From a virus, in the IMG/VR virus record IMGVR_UViG_3300031857_011362, positions 32,001 to 96,000 of that record: a stretch of DNA of 64,000 nt; one strand, written 5' to 3'. Below are positions 9,955 through 20,162 of the stretch, piece after piece. How positions within the stretch are numbered: the stretch's first letter is position 1; every line of letters begins with the position of its first letter. Both the position numbers and the translations under genes were made by a program. The notes beneath the pieces were generated by a model that ran no database searches, was not told where the DNA came from, and saw only the letters and a program-made list of their open reading frames with translations.

Positions 9955-10215
9955 ATGCAAGAAAATCTTTATATTGAAATTGAAAACGGTGTAACAAAAA
10001 ACCATCCTGCGTATGAAAGTAATTTAATTCAAGCGTTTGGTTCAGTACCATCTAATTGGATGCCGTTTATCCGTGTTGAGCGCCCTAAACCTAGTAGTTA
10101 CCAAATTGTTTTAGATGATACACCTGTTTATACGATAGTAGATGGTGTTTGCATGGATGTTTGGTCAGTACGAGAAATGACCGAAGAAGAAAAAATAGAA
10201 TATGATAGTCAATAG
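9955..10215 (+). CDS. Small tail-fibre-associated (assembly-chaperone-like) protein
   Basis: ATG 9955 follows SD AAGGAAA (the ORF track start at 9748 overlaps the upstream gene); MQENLYIEIENG..HP..WMPFIRVERP; lies downstream of a fibre gene. Confidence 0.6.
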   Translation: MQENLYIEIENGVTKNHPAYESNLIQAFGSVPSNWMPFIRVERPKPSSYQIVLDDTPVYTIVDGVCMDVWSVREMTEEEKIEYDSQ

Positions 10216-10276
10216 AAAAAACTAGAAGAACTCTTGGCCATAAACACATAAACACATTTATTACAAAGGAAACAAA

Positions 10277-10534
10277 ATGATAGACTTAGAAAACATGCCT
10301 GCTCCAACAGCAGAACAAATTGCACAAGCCAGAGAAAACGCAATAAATGCTGAACGACCTGCAGCCGCAGGTTATGGCACAGATAAAGCTATATTTGGTT
10401 ATGGATTTAATAGTAGTTCACAAAGGGTATCAATGACAAATCTAGTATCAAACACTGGTATTGTAGCTACTGATACTGCAGGTGTTGGTACTGCTAGATT
10501 TTTATTAGCAGCCGCAGGGTATTCATTAAGTTAA
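10277..10534 (+). CDS. Small, probably chimeric/truncated protein with one AAAGYGxDKAIFGYG kelch-like unit
   Basis: SD AAGGAAA; the AAAGY motif occurs twice, bracketing a single repeat unit. Confidence 0.5.
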   Translation: MIDLENMPAPTAEQIAQARENAINAERPAAAGYGTDKAIFGYGFNSSSQRVSMTNLVSNTGIVATDTAGVGTARFLLAAAGYSLS

Positions 10535-10545
10535 AAGAGTAAAAA

Positions 10546-12285
10546 ATGGCGTATAAGACTACCAGCAAGAAATCAGTAGCAAACATTGGTGTTAAGGCTA
10601 GCAGTAATATAACTACAACTCCGCCTCCGGTGATCAGTCAAGTTTACTATACCGACAGTGCATACAATGTAATTCCAGCAATCACACCCGTTAGCTATCT
10701 CAAGTTAGTTGGCACTGGATTTCAGTACGGTGCCACCGTATATCTAAACGGATTAACAACCACAGTGTTGTCCACTACTGTGGTCAACAGCACAGAAATC
10801 AGAGTTCGCATCGCCGCACTCAGTGCAGGCACCTATTCACTCATGCTGTTTAATCCCAACAACACTGGCGGAATATATGCAACGGGTGTGACATTTTTAA
10901 CATCTACTTATACCATAACACCTGCAGCATCAAGTGTCAATGAAGGTAGTTCTTTAACATTTAATGTTGGTGGAACAAATATTATCAATGGAACATATTA
11001 CTGGTCGATTAATAATATCTCAACTGCGGCAGCTGATTTTTCTGGCTCAGTAACTTCTGGTTCATTTACAATAACTTCTAATGCCGGATCATTTACAGTA
11101 ACACCAACGGCTGATATAACAACCGAAGGTGCAGAAACATTTACGGTGTCATTGAGAACTGGTAGTGTTAGTGGTACCATAGTTGCAACAAGTAGTACTG
11201 TAACGATTAATGATACTAGTGTTCTTGTATATTATCTTTGGTCTTGGGGCCAGAATAACGGCACCCTGGGGTTAGGCAATAATACATCTTATTCTAGTCC
11301 AAAACAAGTGGGTGCATTAACTACTTGGTTAAATATTTCTGCAGGTAAATATCACTCCCTGGCCATTAAAACTGATGGTACGATGTGGTCATGGGGTGCT
11401 GGCGCAAACGGCAGAACAGGTTTAAGTAATACTACATTTTATTCTAGTCCAGTACAAATTGGTGCATTAACCACATGGTCAAGTATTTCTGCAAAAAATG
11501 CTGATCACTCCCTGGCCACCAAAACTGATGGTACGATGTGGTCATGGGGATTTAATGGCAACGGCCGACTTGGTTTAGGAGATACTACAGATAGATCCAG
11601 CCCAGTACAAATTGGTGCATTAACTACTTGGTCAAAGACTACTGTAAGTGAATACCACTGCCTGGCCATTAAAACTGATGGTACGATGTGGTCATGGGGT
11701 TCTGGCCAGAACGGCAAACTGGGTTTAAATAGTAGCGGAGAACAATATGTTCCAGCACAGATTGGTGCATTAACTACTTGGTCAAGTATTTCTGCAAGTA
11801 TTTATCACGGCATGGCCATTAAAACAAATGGTACTCTGTGGGTATGGGGTGGCAACCAGGTGGGCGTACTTGGTTTAGGAGATACTATATCTAGATCCAG
11901 TCCAGTACAAATTGGTGCATTAACTACTTGGTCAAAAATTAGTACAGGTCAGACTCACAACATGGCCATTAAAACAGATGGTACTCTGTGGGTATGGGGT
12001 GAAAATTCATATGGGCGGTTAGGTTTAGGAGATACCACAAATAGATCCAGTCCAGTACAAATTGGCGCATTAACTACTTGGTTAAATATTTCTGCCGGTA
12101 AGTATTACAGTTCGGCAATCAAAACAGATGGTACCATGTGGGCTTGGGGAAGAAATATATTCGGTGAGCTAGGACAAGGTGACACTATCAATCGGTCCAG
12201 CCCAGTGCAAGTTGGCGCATTAACTACTTGGTTAAATATTTCTGGAGGTGGTAGACACACCCTGGCTATTGGAGGCCTCCGATAA
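10546..12285 (+). CDS. IPT + Calx-beta-like + RCC1 repeat protein
   Basis: IPT N-terminus like 7980, shared Calx-beta module, seven RCC1 repeats. Confidence 0.88.
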   Translation: MAYKTTSKKSVANIGVKASSNITTTPPPVISQVYYTDSAYNVIPAITPVSYLKLVGTGFQYGATVYLNGLTTTVLSTTVVNSTEIRVRIAALSAGTYSLMLFNPNNTGGIYATGVTFLTSTYTITPAASSVNEGSSLTFNVGGTNIINGTYYWSINNISTAAADFSGSVTSGSFTITSNAGSFTVTPTADITTEGAETFTVSLRTGSVSGTIVATSSTVTINDTSVLVYYLWSWGQNNGTLGLGNNTSYSSPKQVGALTTWLNISAGKYHSLAIKTDGTMWSWGAGANGRTGLSNTTFYSSPVQIGALTTWSSISAKNADHSLATKTDGTMWSWGFNGNGRLGLGDTTDRSSPVQIGALTTWSKTTVSEYHCLAIKTDGTMWSWGSGQNGKLGLNSSGEQYVPAQIGALTTWSSISASIYHGMAIKTNGTLWVWGGNQVGVLGLGDTISRSSPVQIGALTTWSKISTGQTHNMAIKTDGTLWVWGENSYGRLGLGDTTNRSSPVQIGALTTWLNISAGKYYSSAIKTDGTMWAWGRNIFGELGQGDTINRSSPVQVGALTTWLNISGGGRHTLAIGGLR

Positions 12286-12323
12286 TTTTGGTCCGAAATT
12301 ATCGGTTAAAAGTAAATTTAAAT

Positions 12324-12465
12324 ATGACAATACTACAATTACCTATATATATTAGTTTTAATACCAACATTAGCTTTTGCTGATCCACAAATTCTTACTT
12401 TTGATGGTTACTGTGATAAAACTGAAAACATTTTTAAAGCATTAAGAGAAAGATTTAATGTATAG
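12324..12465 (+). pseudogene. Frameshifted and truncated remnant of a small secreted-type protein
   Basis: ATG 12324 is out of frame with YILVLIPTLAFA-DPQILTFDGYCDKTENIFKALRERFNV* (signal-peptide-like), which ends at TAG 12463-65. Confidence 0.4.
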
Positions 12466-12549
12466 TGGCGGATGGGTACTTTCATACGATTGCAATCTCT
12501 AGCTAACTAAACAATCAACTCAGCATAAATACAATAAGAGAACACAAAT

Positions 12550-12933
12550 ATGGCATTAACACAAATACTCAGCTCCAGCGTATCAAACATAGCATCCATT
12601 ATCTTGAACGACATTTCTAGTCAGTTTGACGGGGCGAAATCTGTGTTTCCATTGATGTTAGATCAAACAAGCATAAATACTATTATTGATAGTAAAGATT
12701 TAGAAGTAGTGGTCAATGGACAAAGGTTAGCTCCGTACGTGACTACTTATACGTATCCATGGTTAACACCATATGATTCATTCAAAGGATTCAAAGTTAG
12801 TGGTAGCAATCTTATAATTTACAATGCGCCTTATATTGGCGACACTGCATTTTTAAAGTTGACACCCGTGTCTGCAACTAAGCAGACGAGAAGGTACCCG
12901 TTTTCAGCAACAACAATTGTATTAGGAGATTAA
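12550..12933 (+). CDS. Small virion structural protein
   Basis: FDGAKSVFPL module resembling those in the 1042 C-terminus; TAAATA and SD upstream. Confidence 0.6.
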   Translation: MALTQILSSSVSNIASIILNDISSQFDGAKSVFPLMLDQTSINTIIDSKDLEVVVNGQRLAPYVTTYTYPWLTPYDSFKGFKVSGSNLIIYNAPYIGDTAFLKLTPVSATKQTRRYPFSATTIVLGD

Positions 12934-12937
12934 TTAA

Positions 12938-15832
12938 ATGGCAAAACACGTAATATTAGAGAGTTATACATTCACACCGTCAACTCGCACACTGGTAGTA
13001 AATGGTAAAAACATTCGCAGAGAGCAATTACTGCTAATTACTAATACCAACACCGGTACAGTAATATATAATTTCTCTGATCCGTCGTTACTTGCAACTG
13101 CTTACACTAATGCAGTGGACAGCGTAACGGGACTAGAAACAACTACACTGATATTGGCATACAATACCACTGCAATGCAGTCCTCAGATAAGATTTCAAT
13201 CGTAACAGAAGAAACTTATCAGGAAATCATTCCTTCGGAAGTGATGCGAGATCCAGTTGATAAACTTCGTGTGAGTACGCCACAATCATTGATTGATACT
13301 GACTTTGAATATGGTACACAGCCTACAAAATGGGACAATCTTAACTTATTACACAATCGCCCAATTGCATCATATGACCCAACACAAGGTATTAGTAATA
13401 CTTCAAGAAGCGATTTAACATTTGTTGGTTCTAATACTAGTGCTTATCAAATTACCAACGTTACATCAAGTGCAAAAGTAGTCACGGTTGCTATTAATAA
13501 CACTACTGGTATTACGGTTGGTTTACCAATCTATATTACAGGAACAGCAGATAACGCTAACGTAGATGGATGGTGGATAGTTGAAACAATTAGCGCCAAC
13601 ACTAATTTTACGTTCACTGTAACTAACACCCCAGTTACAACAGCATTATATGATGCTTTTAAAACTTATGTGTTTATTGGTGCTCGGTATACTGGGTCGG
13701 CAATTCCTCTTACAAGTATTGTAATGAATGGAACTGTAGGTACTGTCACTACATCTGTAGAACACGGGATGCGTGTGGGTGATGGTTTCAATATTGTTGG
13801 TACAACAGGTACAAGCGGTGCAGCTACAGCAGCCGGTACTATTAACTCAAGTTGGGTAGTAGCAACAACTCCCACTAATAGTACGTTTACGTTTGCGGCG
13901 GTATCAAATGCTGTTACTGCTACATTAAGCGCAGGAGTAGGTGCAACATTATTTCCAAGAGCACTGGGTTTCATACAACATAGACCATTTGACGGTGGAG
14001 TACAGTTTAGCAACGAAGTACCATATCACGGTTATCAATTAATTCGACAAACACGCCGCCAATTTCGCTATCAATCTGGTAAGGGTATACAGTTTTCAAC
14101 CGGTAGTATGATGAAACCATTAATTGTAACTGAAAATATTACATCAAGTGGTACTACGGTTACAGTCACTACAAAATATGCTCACGGCTTATTGCCGGGT
14201 GCATATGTGCGTGTTACAGGTTGCATTGAAACAGCTTACAATGGTACATTTGTTGTTGCAACCACAGCATCCGCAACAACTTTTACATATACTGCATTGT
14301 CTACTCCAACAGCATCACCGGCTACAGGTAACAATATAAATGTGAATCCGTGGACATGGTACGGTAGCAGTAACCGTCTCGGTATGTTTGATAGTCAAAA
14401 CGGATTCTTCTTTGAATTTGATGGGCAAACACTCTATGCTGTTAAACGCAGTAGTACCACACAACTATCAGGAGTAGCCTCAGTTACCAACGCTAGTCAA
14501 AGTATTACTGGTACAGGCACTAAATTTGGTAGTCAATTAAAACCAGGAGACTCCATTGTTATTCGAGGTATGACATATTTTGTAAACAATATTCAAAGTG
14601 ATACAGCAATGACTATCTCTCCAGAGTACAGGGGTGTTACCAACAGTTTAATTACAATAAGTAAAACTGTTGATACTCGTTTCCCACAGAGTTCTTGGAA
14701 CATTGACCGTTGTGACGGAACTGGTGCAAGTTTATTCAACATAGATTTGACTAAAATGCAAATGTTTTATATTGACTATACATGGTACGGTGCCGGTGCA
14801 ATACGATTTGGTTTTAAGAATAGTCGTGGTGAAGTGATCTACTGTCATAGAATTCCTAACAACAACTTAAATCCCGAAGCATACATGCGTTCTGGTAATT
14901 TAGTTGCTCGTTATGAAACTAATACAATACCGTACAGAACACATTTAACTGCTACACTAGCAAGTGCAGCCACTACCGGAGCTACAATTTCTGTAGCAGA
15001 TACAACAGATTGGCCATCTAGTGGTACTGTTGTGTTAAAACAGGCAGCGGCAACCGGTGCTGTGATTGAGTATATAACATACAGTGCCAAAACATTAACT
15101 TCATTGACTATTGCTGCCCGAGGACAAACAGGTGGCTCTAGTGCTACATTATTTACATTCTCTGCAACTGCTCCTATTTTAGCAGAACTATACAGTCCGC
15201 AGACTGCAAGTACAATCAGCCATTGGGGTAGTTCTGTCATTATGGACGGACGTTTTGATGACGATAAGTCATTGGTGTTTGTTGCGGGAATGCGCCGCAC
15301 ACAAACTATCACCAACGTAGGACAAGACGTTACTGTACCATTGATTAGTATTCGTATTGCACCAACTGTTGACAATGGTTTAACAGGTATATTAGGAGCA
15401 AGAGAAGTTATAAACCGTATGCAGTTAACAATGCGTAGTATGGGTTGTCAAACTACTGGTACTAACGCAACATTCTTAATTTCTCTGCGTTTGAATGGTC
15501 GTGTAAGTACAGGAACATTTAATTCAGCCGGCGGATCTAGTCTAGCGCAGGTAGCTTATCATGGTGCTGGTGCAACAATTACTGGTGGTGAAGATATATT
15601 TAGTTTCTATACAAACACCCCAGGTGTAACTGCACAGGACTTATCAACTGTTCGAGACATTGGCAATAGTATTTTAGGTGGCGGAACTAACAACACTTGC
15701 CCAACTACTGCCAGTGCTACTAACTTGTATCCAGATGGTCCTGATATTATTACAATTTGCGCCACAAACATTACTGCATCGAGTACAAACTCTATCAACG
15801 CACGTATTTCTTGGACTGAGGCTCAGGCTTAA
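12938..15832 (+). CDS. Large virion structural protein with repeated VTTxxxHGLxxG..YNG..TTFTY beta modules
   Basis: 964-aa Thr/Gly/Ser-rich ORF, SD AGGAG, several FCCH-like repeats, structural gene context. Confidence 0.7.
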   Translation: MAKHVILESYTFTPSTRTLVVNGKNIRREQLLLITNTNTGTVIYNFSDPSLLATAYTNAVDSVTGLETTTLILAYNTTAMQSSDKISIVTEETYQEIIPSEVMRDPVDKLRVSTPQSLIDTDFEYGTQPTKWDNLNLLHNRPIASYDPTQGISNTSRSDLTFVGSNTSAYQITNVTSSAKVVTVAINNTTGITVGLPIYITGTADNANVDGWWIVETISANTNFTFTVTNTPVTTALYDAFKTYVFIGARYTGSAIPLTSIVMNGTVGTVTTSVEHGMRVGDGFNIVGTTGTSGAATAAGTINSSWVVATTPTNSTFTFAAVSNAVTATLSAGVGATLFPRALGFIQHRPFDGGVQFSNEVPYHGYQLIRQTRRQFRYQSGKGIQFSTGSMMKPLIVTENITSSGTTVTVTTKYAHGLLPGAYVRVTGCIETAYNGTFVVATTASATTFTYTALSTPTASPATGNNINVNPWTWYGSSNRLGMFDSQNGFFFEFDGQTLYAVKRSSTTQLSGVASVTNASQSITGTGTKFGSQLKPGDSIVIRGMTYFVNNIQSDTAMTISPEYRGVTNSLITISKTVDTRFPQSSWNIDRCDGTGASLFNIDLTKMQMFYIDYTWYGAGAIRFGFKNSRGEVIYCHRIPNNNLNPEAYMRSGNLVARYETNTIPYRTHLTATLASAATTGATISVADTTDWPSSGTVVLKQAAATGAVIEYITYSAKTLTSLTIAARGQTGGSSATLFTFSATAPILAELYSPQTASTISHWGSSVIMDGRFDDDKSLVFVAGMRRTQTITNVGQDVTVPLISIRIAPTVDNGLTGILGAREVINRMQLTMRSMGCQTTGTNATFLISLRLNGRVSTGTFNSAGGSSLAQVAYHGAGATITGGEDIFSFYTNTPGVTAQDLSTVRDIGNSILGGGTNNTCPTTASATNLYPDGPDIITICATNITASSTNSINARISWTEAQA

Positions 15833-15847
15833 TCACAGGAATACCCA

Positions 15848-16732
15848 ATGTCAAGTAGAAATAGCTTACAACATACTGTGTCAGCGGTTGAACCCGTTGG
15901 CGCGGCCTTGGGTGACGAATGGTATAACTCCACTACCAACTTACTGTACAAACGTATGGTGGTTGGTGGCGTACCCCAATGGGCCACTATCACTGCTGGC
16001 GCCTCTTCGTCAACTAGTTCTGTAGTTGTTCCTACTAATATCTCAGAAAAAGTCAACAGGACTATTACTAATCAGACTAGCTACACTGTAACCAGCGCTT
16101 TGGCCGCGGCACTGACATTGCCTGTCACACCGGGCTATATGTACATCATACACTCAATTTATGTAACTAATGTTGATACAGCTTACGCTACTACCACTAC
16201 GGTCAGCGGCACTATAGCATATGCAACTCCCGTATCTACTGTGTCTTTTGCTAACAAGATACCAATTCCAGCAAGAGGCGCATTAGAACTACTACGCAAG
16301 CCGCAGTTGTTAAATCCCGGTGATGTAATTAATATACAGTCATTGGCTGCTGGCGTAGGCGCAAATAATTTGCTACAAGTTACTATAACATACGAACAAG
16401 TTCCTGCTGATGCCAACTACTTTGGTGTTGGTGTAAGTACTGCTGCTACAGTAGGCGATGTATATGTTGTGCCTGCAACTAGTGTTGCTGCTGTGATTGA
16501 CAGCATTAGAGTAGTAAATAGTAGTGACGTGGGTGATATTGCAATAACACTAACTTGGACTAATGCAACTAATTCGGTATTAGGAACACTGACTAGTAGT
16601 TTTATCGTACCAGCAAATTCTACTGTAGAATTATGTGAAACTGCCAAGCGTATTCCAACTGGAAATAAGATAAGAGCTGTGGCCACTACTGCATCAGCAA
16701 TAAGTGTTTTTGTATCTGGTAGGACACAGTAA
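15848..16732 (+). CDS. Structural protein with two divergent adaptor-like domains
   Basis: Two ~110-aa units (IIHSIYVTN../VIDSIRVVN..) reminiscent of the 7651 family. Confidence 0.6.
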   Translation: MSSRNSLQHTVSAVEPVGAALGDEWYNSTTNLLYKRMVVGGVPQWATITAGASSSTSSVVVPTNISEKVNRTITNQTSYTVTSALAAALTLPVTPGYMYIIHSIYVTNVDTAYATTTTVSGTIAYATPVSTVSFANKIPIPARGALELLRKPQLLNPGDVINIQSLAAGVGANNLLQVTITYEQVPADANYFGVGVSTAATVGDVYVVPATSVAAVIDSIRVVNSSDVGDIAITLTWTNATNSVLGTLTSSFIVPANSTVELCETAKRIPTGNKIRAVATTASAISVFVSGRTQ

Positions 16733-17874
16733 TGCCCGGTGGGATTTTTAGCCTGACTCAGGTTACCGAGCAACAAATAGACGGTACTTGGCCTACTCAA
16801 TGGTATTCCCCTGGATTATATAGTTGGGGTAATAATGGATATGGTCGATTGGGTTTAGGTGATACTACAGCTAGATCTAGTCCTAACCAAACTAGTTCTT
16901 TGACGCCTTGGTCAAGTATTTCTGCAGGTAGATTTCACAACCTAGCAATTAAAACCGATGGTACCATGTGGTCATGGGGGTTAAATCAATATAGTTGGTT
17001 TGGAATTCTTGGTTTAGGTGATACTACAGATAGATCCAGCCCAGTACAAATTGGTGCATTAACTACTTGGTTAAGTATTTCTGCCGGTGCCGGCAGTTAT
17101 CACAACCTGGCCATCAAAACAGATGGTACCATGTGGACATGGGGTAGAAATCATTATGGGCAATTAGGTCAAGGCAATACTACAGATAGATCCAGCCCAG
17201 TACAAATAGGTGCATTAACTACTTGGTCAAAAATTTCTGCCGGCGGTTATCACAGCATGGTCATCAAAACCGATGGTACACTGTGGTCATGGGGTAGGAA
17301 TGGCTCTGGTAATTTGGGTTTAGGTGATACTACAGATAGATCCAGCCCAGTACAAATTGGTGCATTAACTACTTGGTCAAAAATTTCTGCAGGTAGTCAC
17401 AGCACAGCCATCAAAACCGATGGTACACTGTGGTCATGGGGATATAATGGTTGGGGTGGTTTAGGTTTAGGTGATCTAACAAATAGATCCAGTCCAGTAC
17501 AAATAGGTGCATTAACTAATTGGTTAAGTGTTTCTGCCAGCTACAATCAGACGTGCATAGCAATTAAAACAGATGGTACACTATGGTCATGGGGATATAA
17601 TGCTCAAGGGCAATTAGGTTTAGGAAATACTACATCTAGAAATAGTCCAGTACAGATTGGAGCATTAACTACTTGGTTAAATGTTTCTGCCGGTAGCTAT
17701 CTCGGCTTGGCCGTTAAAACCGATGGTACCATGTGGACATGGGGCCAAAATAATAATGGGGAATTAGGTCAAGGCAATACTACAGATAGATCCAGCCCAG
17801 TACAGGTTGGTGCATTAACTACTTGGGAAAAAATTGCTGCAGGATCTAGGCACAGCCTAGCCACCAAGAATTAA
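16732..17874 (+). CDS. RCC1 repeat beta-propeller protein with short N-terminal GTWP tag
   Basis: Seven RCC1 repeats; N-terminus [25 protein letters not shown]. Confidence 0.9.
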   Translation: MPGGIFSLTQVTEQQIDGTWPTQWYSPGLYSWGNNGYGRLGLGDTTARSSPNQTSSLTPWSSISAGRFHNLAIKTDGTMWSWGLNQYSWFGILGLGDTTDRSSPVQIGALTTWLSISAGAGSYHNLAIKTDGTMWTWGRNHYGQLGQGNTTDRSSPVQIGALTTWSKISAGGYHSMVIKTDGTLWSWGRNGSGNLGLGDTTDRSSPVQIGALTTWSKISAGSHSTAIKTDGTLWSWGYNGWGGLGLGDLTNRSSPVQIGALTNWLSVSASYNQTCIAIKTDGTLWSWGYNAQGQLGLGNTTSRNSPVQIGALTTWLNVSAGSYLGLAVKTDGTMWTWGQNNNGELGQGNTTDRSSPVQVGALTTWEKIAAGSRHSLATKN

Positions 17875-17893
17875 TAATAAAAAGAACAACTAA

Positions 17894-18268
17894 ATGCCAT
17901 TTACTTTTTCAGGCTTAAATTTCGTCGGCGACGTTAGCGCGCAAGCAGTCTTTGCTCCTACTCCAGAATATTACCTTTGGTCATGGGGTCGCAATAGTTA
18001 TGGTAATTTAGGTTTAGGTGATACTACAAATAAATCCAGTCCAGTACAGATTGGTGCATTAACCACATGGTCAAATATTTCTGCAGGTAATGCTAACAGT
18101 GCAGCCATTAAAACAAATGGTACACTGTGGGTCTGGGGAATTGGCAACTTTGGGGGGTTAGGACAAGGTAACACTATTAGCCGCTCTAGTCCTGTACAAA
18201 TTGGCGCATTAACTACTTGGTCAAATATTTCTGCAGCCAACAATCACATCCTTGCCATCTTTAATTAA
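17894..18268 (+). CDS. Truncated RCC1 protein (about 2 blades)
   Basis: 124 aa; contains only about two repeats, too few for a 7-blade propeller. Confidence 0.7.
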   Translation: MPFTFSGLNFVGDVSAQAVFAPTPEYYLWSWGRNSYGNLGLGDTTNKSSPVQIGALTTWSNISAGNANSAAIKTNGTLWVWGIGNFGGLGQGNTISRSSPVQIGALTTWSNISAANNHILAIFN

Positions 18269-18307
18269 TACTTCAATTTATTGATACCCTTGTAAAATAT
18301 TTTCCAC

Positions 18308-18335
18308 CATCAAGCATCACAGTAAATACTTGATG
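18308..18335 (+). promoter_or_regulatory. Inverted repeat CATCAAG-N14-CTTGATG enclosing TAAATA and the start codon
   Basis: Direct reading; same ATCAAG-N14-CTTGAT core as 23818-23845. Confidence 0.65.
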
Positions 18336-20105
18336 CAAAAAACACTTCACTTCTTATCAGGCATTCCCCGTTCGGGTTCAACGGTACTTGCTGCAATTTT
18401 AAATCAAAACCCACTTACTCATGTCAGTACAACTTCTGGGTTAGTTCATGCATTAGACGGACTAGCCAACACTTGGCACAGTGCTGGACTACTTAATGAA
18501 ACAGACGCTGACCGCTCTAAACTAGCTGCTACAATGCGAGGCACTATTGACGCATTTTATAGTGATATTGACAAACCAGTTATCATTGACAAATCACGAG
18601 GATGGCCTATTGCTCAAATCATGCAAGCAATGGCACAGGTACTACAACATGCACCCCGCATCATTGCTACTGTGCGCTCAGTACCTGACTGTGCTGCAAG
18701 TTTTATTCGTGTTGCAAAGCCCACTGACTTAGATGACTTTATGCAATCAGGGCAACTAATGGATCATTTACGGGCGGCATATATCTCATTGCAAAACGGG
18801 TATAACTTTGCACCCGAATGCTTCTTGTTTGTAGAGTATGAAGACTTAGTGCGTGACCCTAAAACAGAACTTGCAAGAGTACATGCTTTCTTGGGATTGC
18901 CTGACTTTGAATATGACTTTAACAACATCGACGGTTCCACTGTGTCTGAAGATGACGAGAACTTGCACGGACATGCAGGTATGCATGATGTTAAACCCGT
19001 GCTAGAGCGTCAACACAATCAAGACCCAAGAGAACTACTGAAGCACCACTATGCTACATTCTGTCAAGGTGAGTTCTGGTTAGAGCGGCCGCGCACTGTA
19101 CCCGAGATACATGATTTGGATTTGCAATTGGCAGCAAGCACAATTGGTGACTTCGTTGAAGGATGGAGATTAGCACAAAAGTTAGAAACAGAAGAACCTA
19201 ATAATCATCGTGCAGCATACAATCGTGGTTGGTACTTGCTACATCAAAGACAGATACAAAAAGGTTATCAGCTAATGAATCGCGGTAGATTGTCTAGTGT
19301 TTTTGGTGATGCAAGACCAAATGTACCTACCCCAGAATGGGATGGCAAGAGCAAGGGTATTGTGTTGTTATGCTTGGAAGGTGGACTGGGCGATCAGATT
19401 CATCAAATTCGTTATGCAAAGAACATTGCAGACCGTGGATGTAAAGTTATCGTAGCATGTTCGGGCCCACTAGCATCGCTATTCTTCAATGCAGAAGGTG
19501 TCTCTAGTGTGATTCAACATGAAGCAGTGTTTGGTATCTATCACGACTTTTGGGTTGCTGGCATGAGTGCAGTTGTGCCACTGGGCTTTGAGTTAGAAGA
19601 TATAAGTGGCAAGCCTTATCTAGCCAAGCCTAATGTAATCAAGGGTCATAAGAAACGAATCGGTCTACGCTGGCAGGGCAACAGCAAGTTTGAGCATGAG
19701 CATCACAAAAAGTTCCCCTTCTACTTGATGTTTGACGCAGTGAAAGATGCTGATGTTGAGTTTATCAGCTTGCAACGTGATGAAGGTGCAGAAGCATGTC
19801 CTTACTGGGTCAAGCAAGTTCCGTTAAACTCTTGGGAAGATACCCGTGCCGCAGTTGCCAGTTGTGATTTAGTTATCAGTTCTTGCACTTCAGTCAGTCA
19901 TTTGGCAGGAGCAATGGGAGTCGATACTTGGGTAGTTACCCCAATCATGCCCTACTTTTTGTATGCATTGCCCGGCGAGAAAACTCCCTATTATGACAGC
20001 TTTACTCTGTTCAGACAGGAATCTTTCGGAGACTGGACAGCACCGTTTGTCAAAATGAAAGAACGCTTGTCTATTACCAATCCCAAGCTAAAACTTGTGG
20101 GGTAA
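18333..20105 (+). CDS. Sulfotransferase + TPR + GT9-like glycosyltransferase fusion
   Basis: SGIPRSGST PAPS-binding motif, IIDKSR, TPR-like helix pair, EGGLGDQI and FISLQR..CDLVISSCTSVSHLAGAMG GT-B motifs. Confidence 0.8.
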   Translation: MQKTLHFLSGIPRSGSTVLAAILNQNPLTHVSTTSGLVHALDGLANTWHSAGLLNETDADRSKLAATMRGTIDAFYSDIDKPVIIDKSRGWPIAQIMQAMAQVLQHAPRIIATVRSVPDCAASFIRVAKPTDLDDFMQSGQLMDHLRAAYISLQNGYNFAPECFLFVEYEDLVRDPKTELARVHAFLGLPDFEYDFNNIDGSTVSEDDENLHGHAGMHDVKPVLERQHNQDPRELLKHHYATFCQGEFWLERPRTVPEIHDLDLQLAASTIGDFVEGWRLAQKLETEEPNNHRAAYNRGWYLLHQRQIQKGYQLMNRGRLSSVFGDARPNVPTPEWDGKSKGIVLLCLEGGLGDQIHQIRYAKNIADRGCKVIVACSGPLASLFFNAEGVSSVIQHEAVFGIYHDFWVAGMSAVVPLGFELEDISGKPYLAKPNVIKGHKKRIGLRWQGNSKFEHEHHKKFPFYLMFDAVKDADVEFISLQRDEGAEACPYWVKQVPLNSWEDTRAAVASCDLVISSCTSVSHLAGAMGVDTWVVTPIMPYFLYALPGEKTPYYDSFTLFRQESFGDWTAPFVKMKERLSITNPKLKLVG

Positions 20106-20162
20106 ATTACCAAACATATGTTGATAAATACTGTATGAAGAATTTATCAACGGAATATTATT

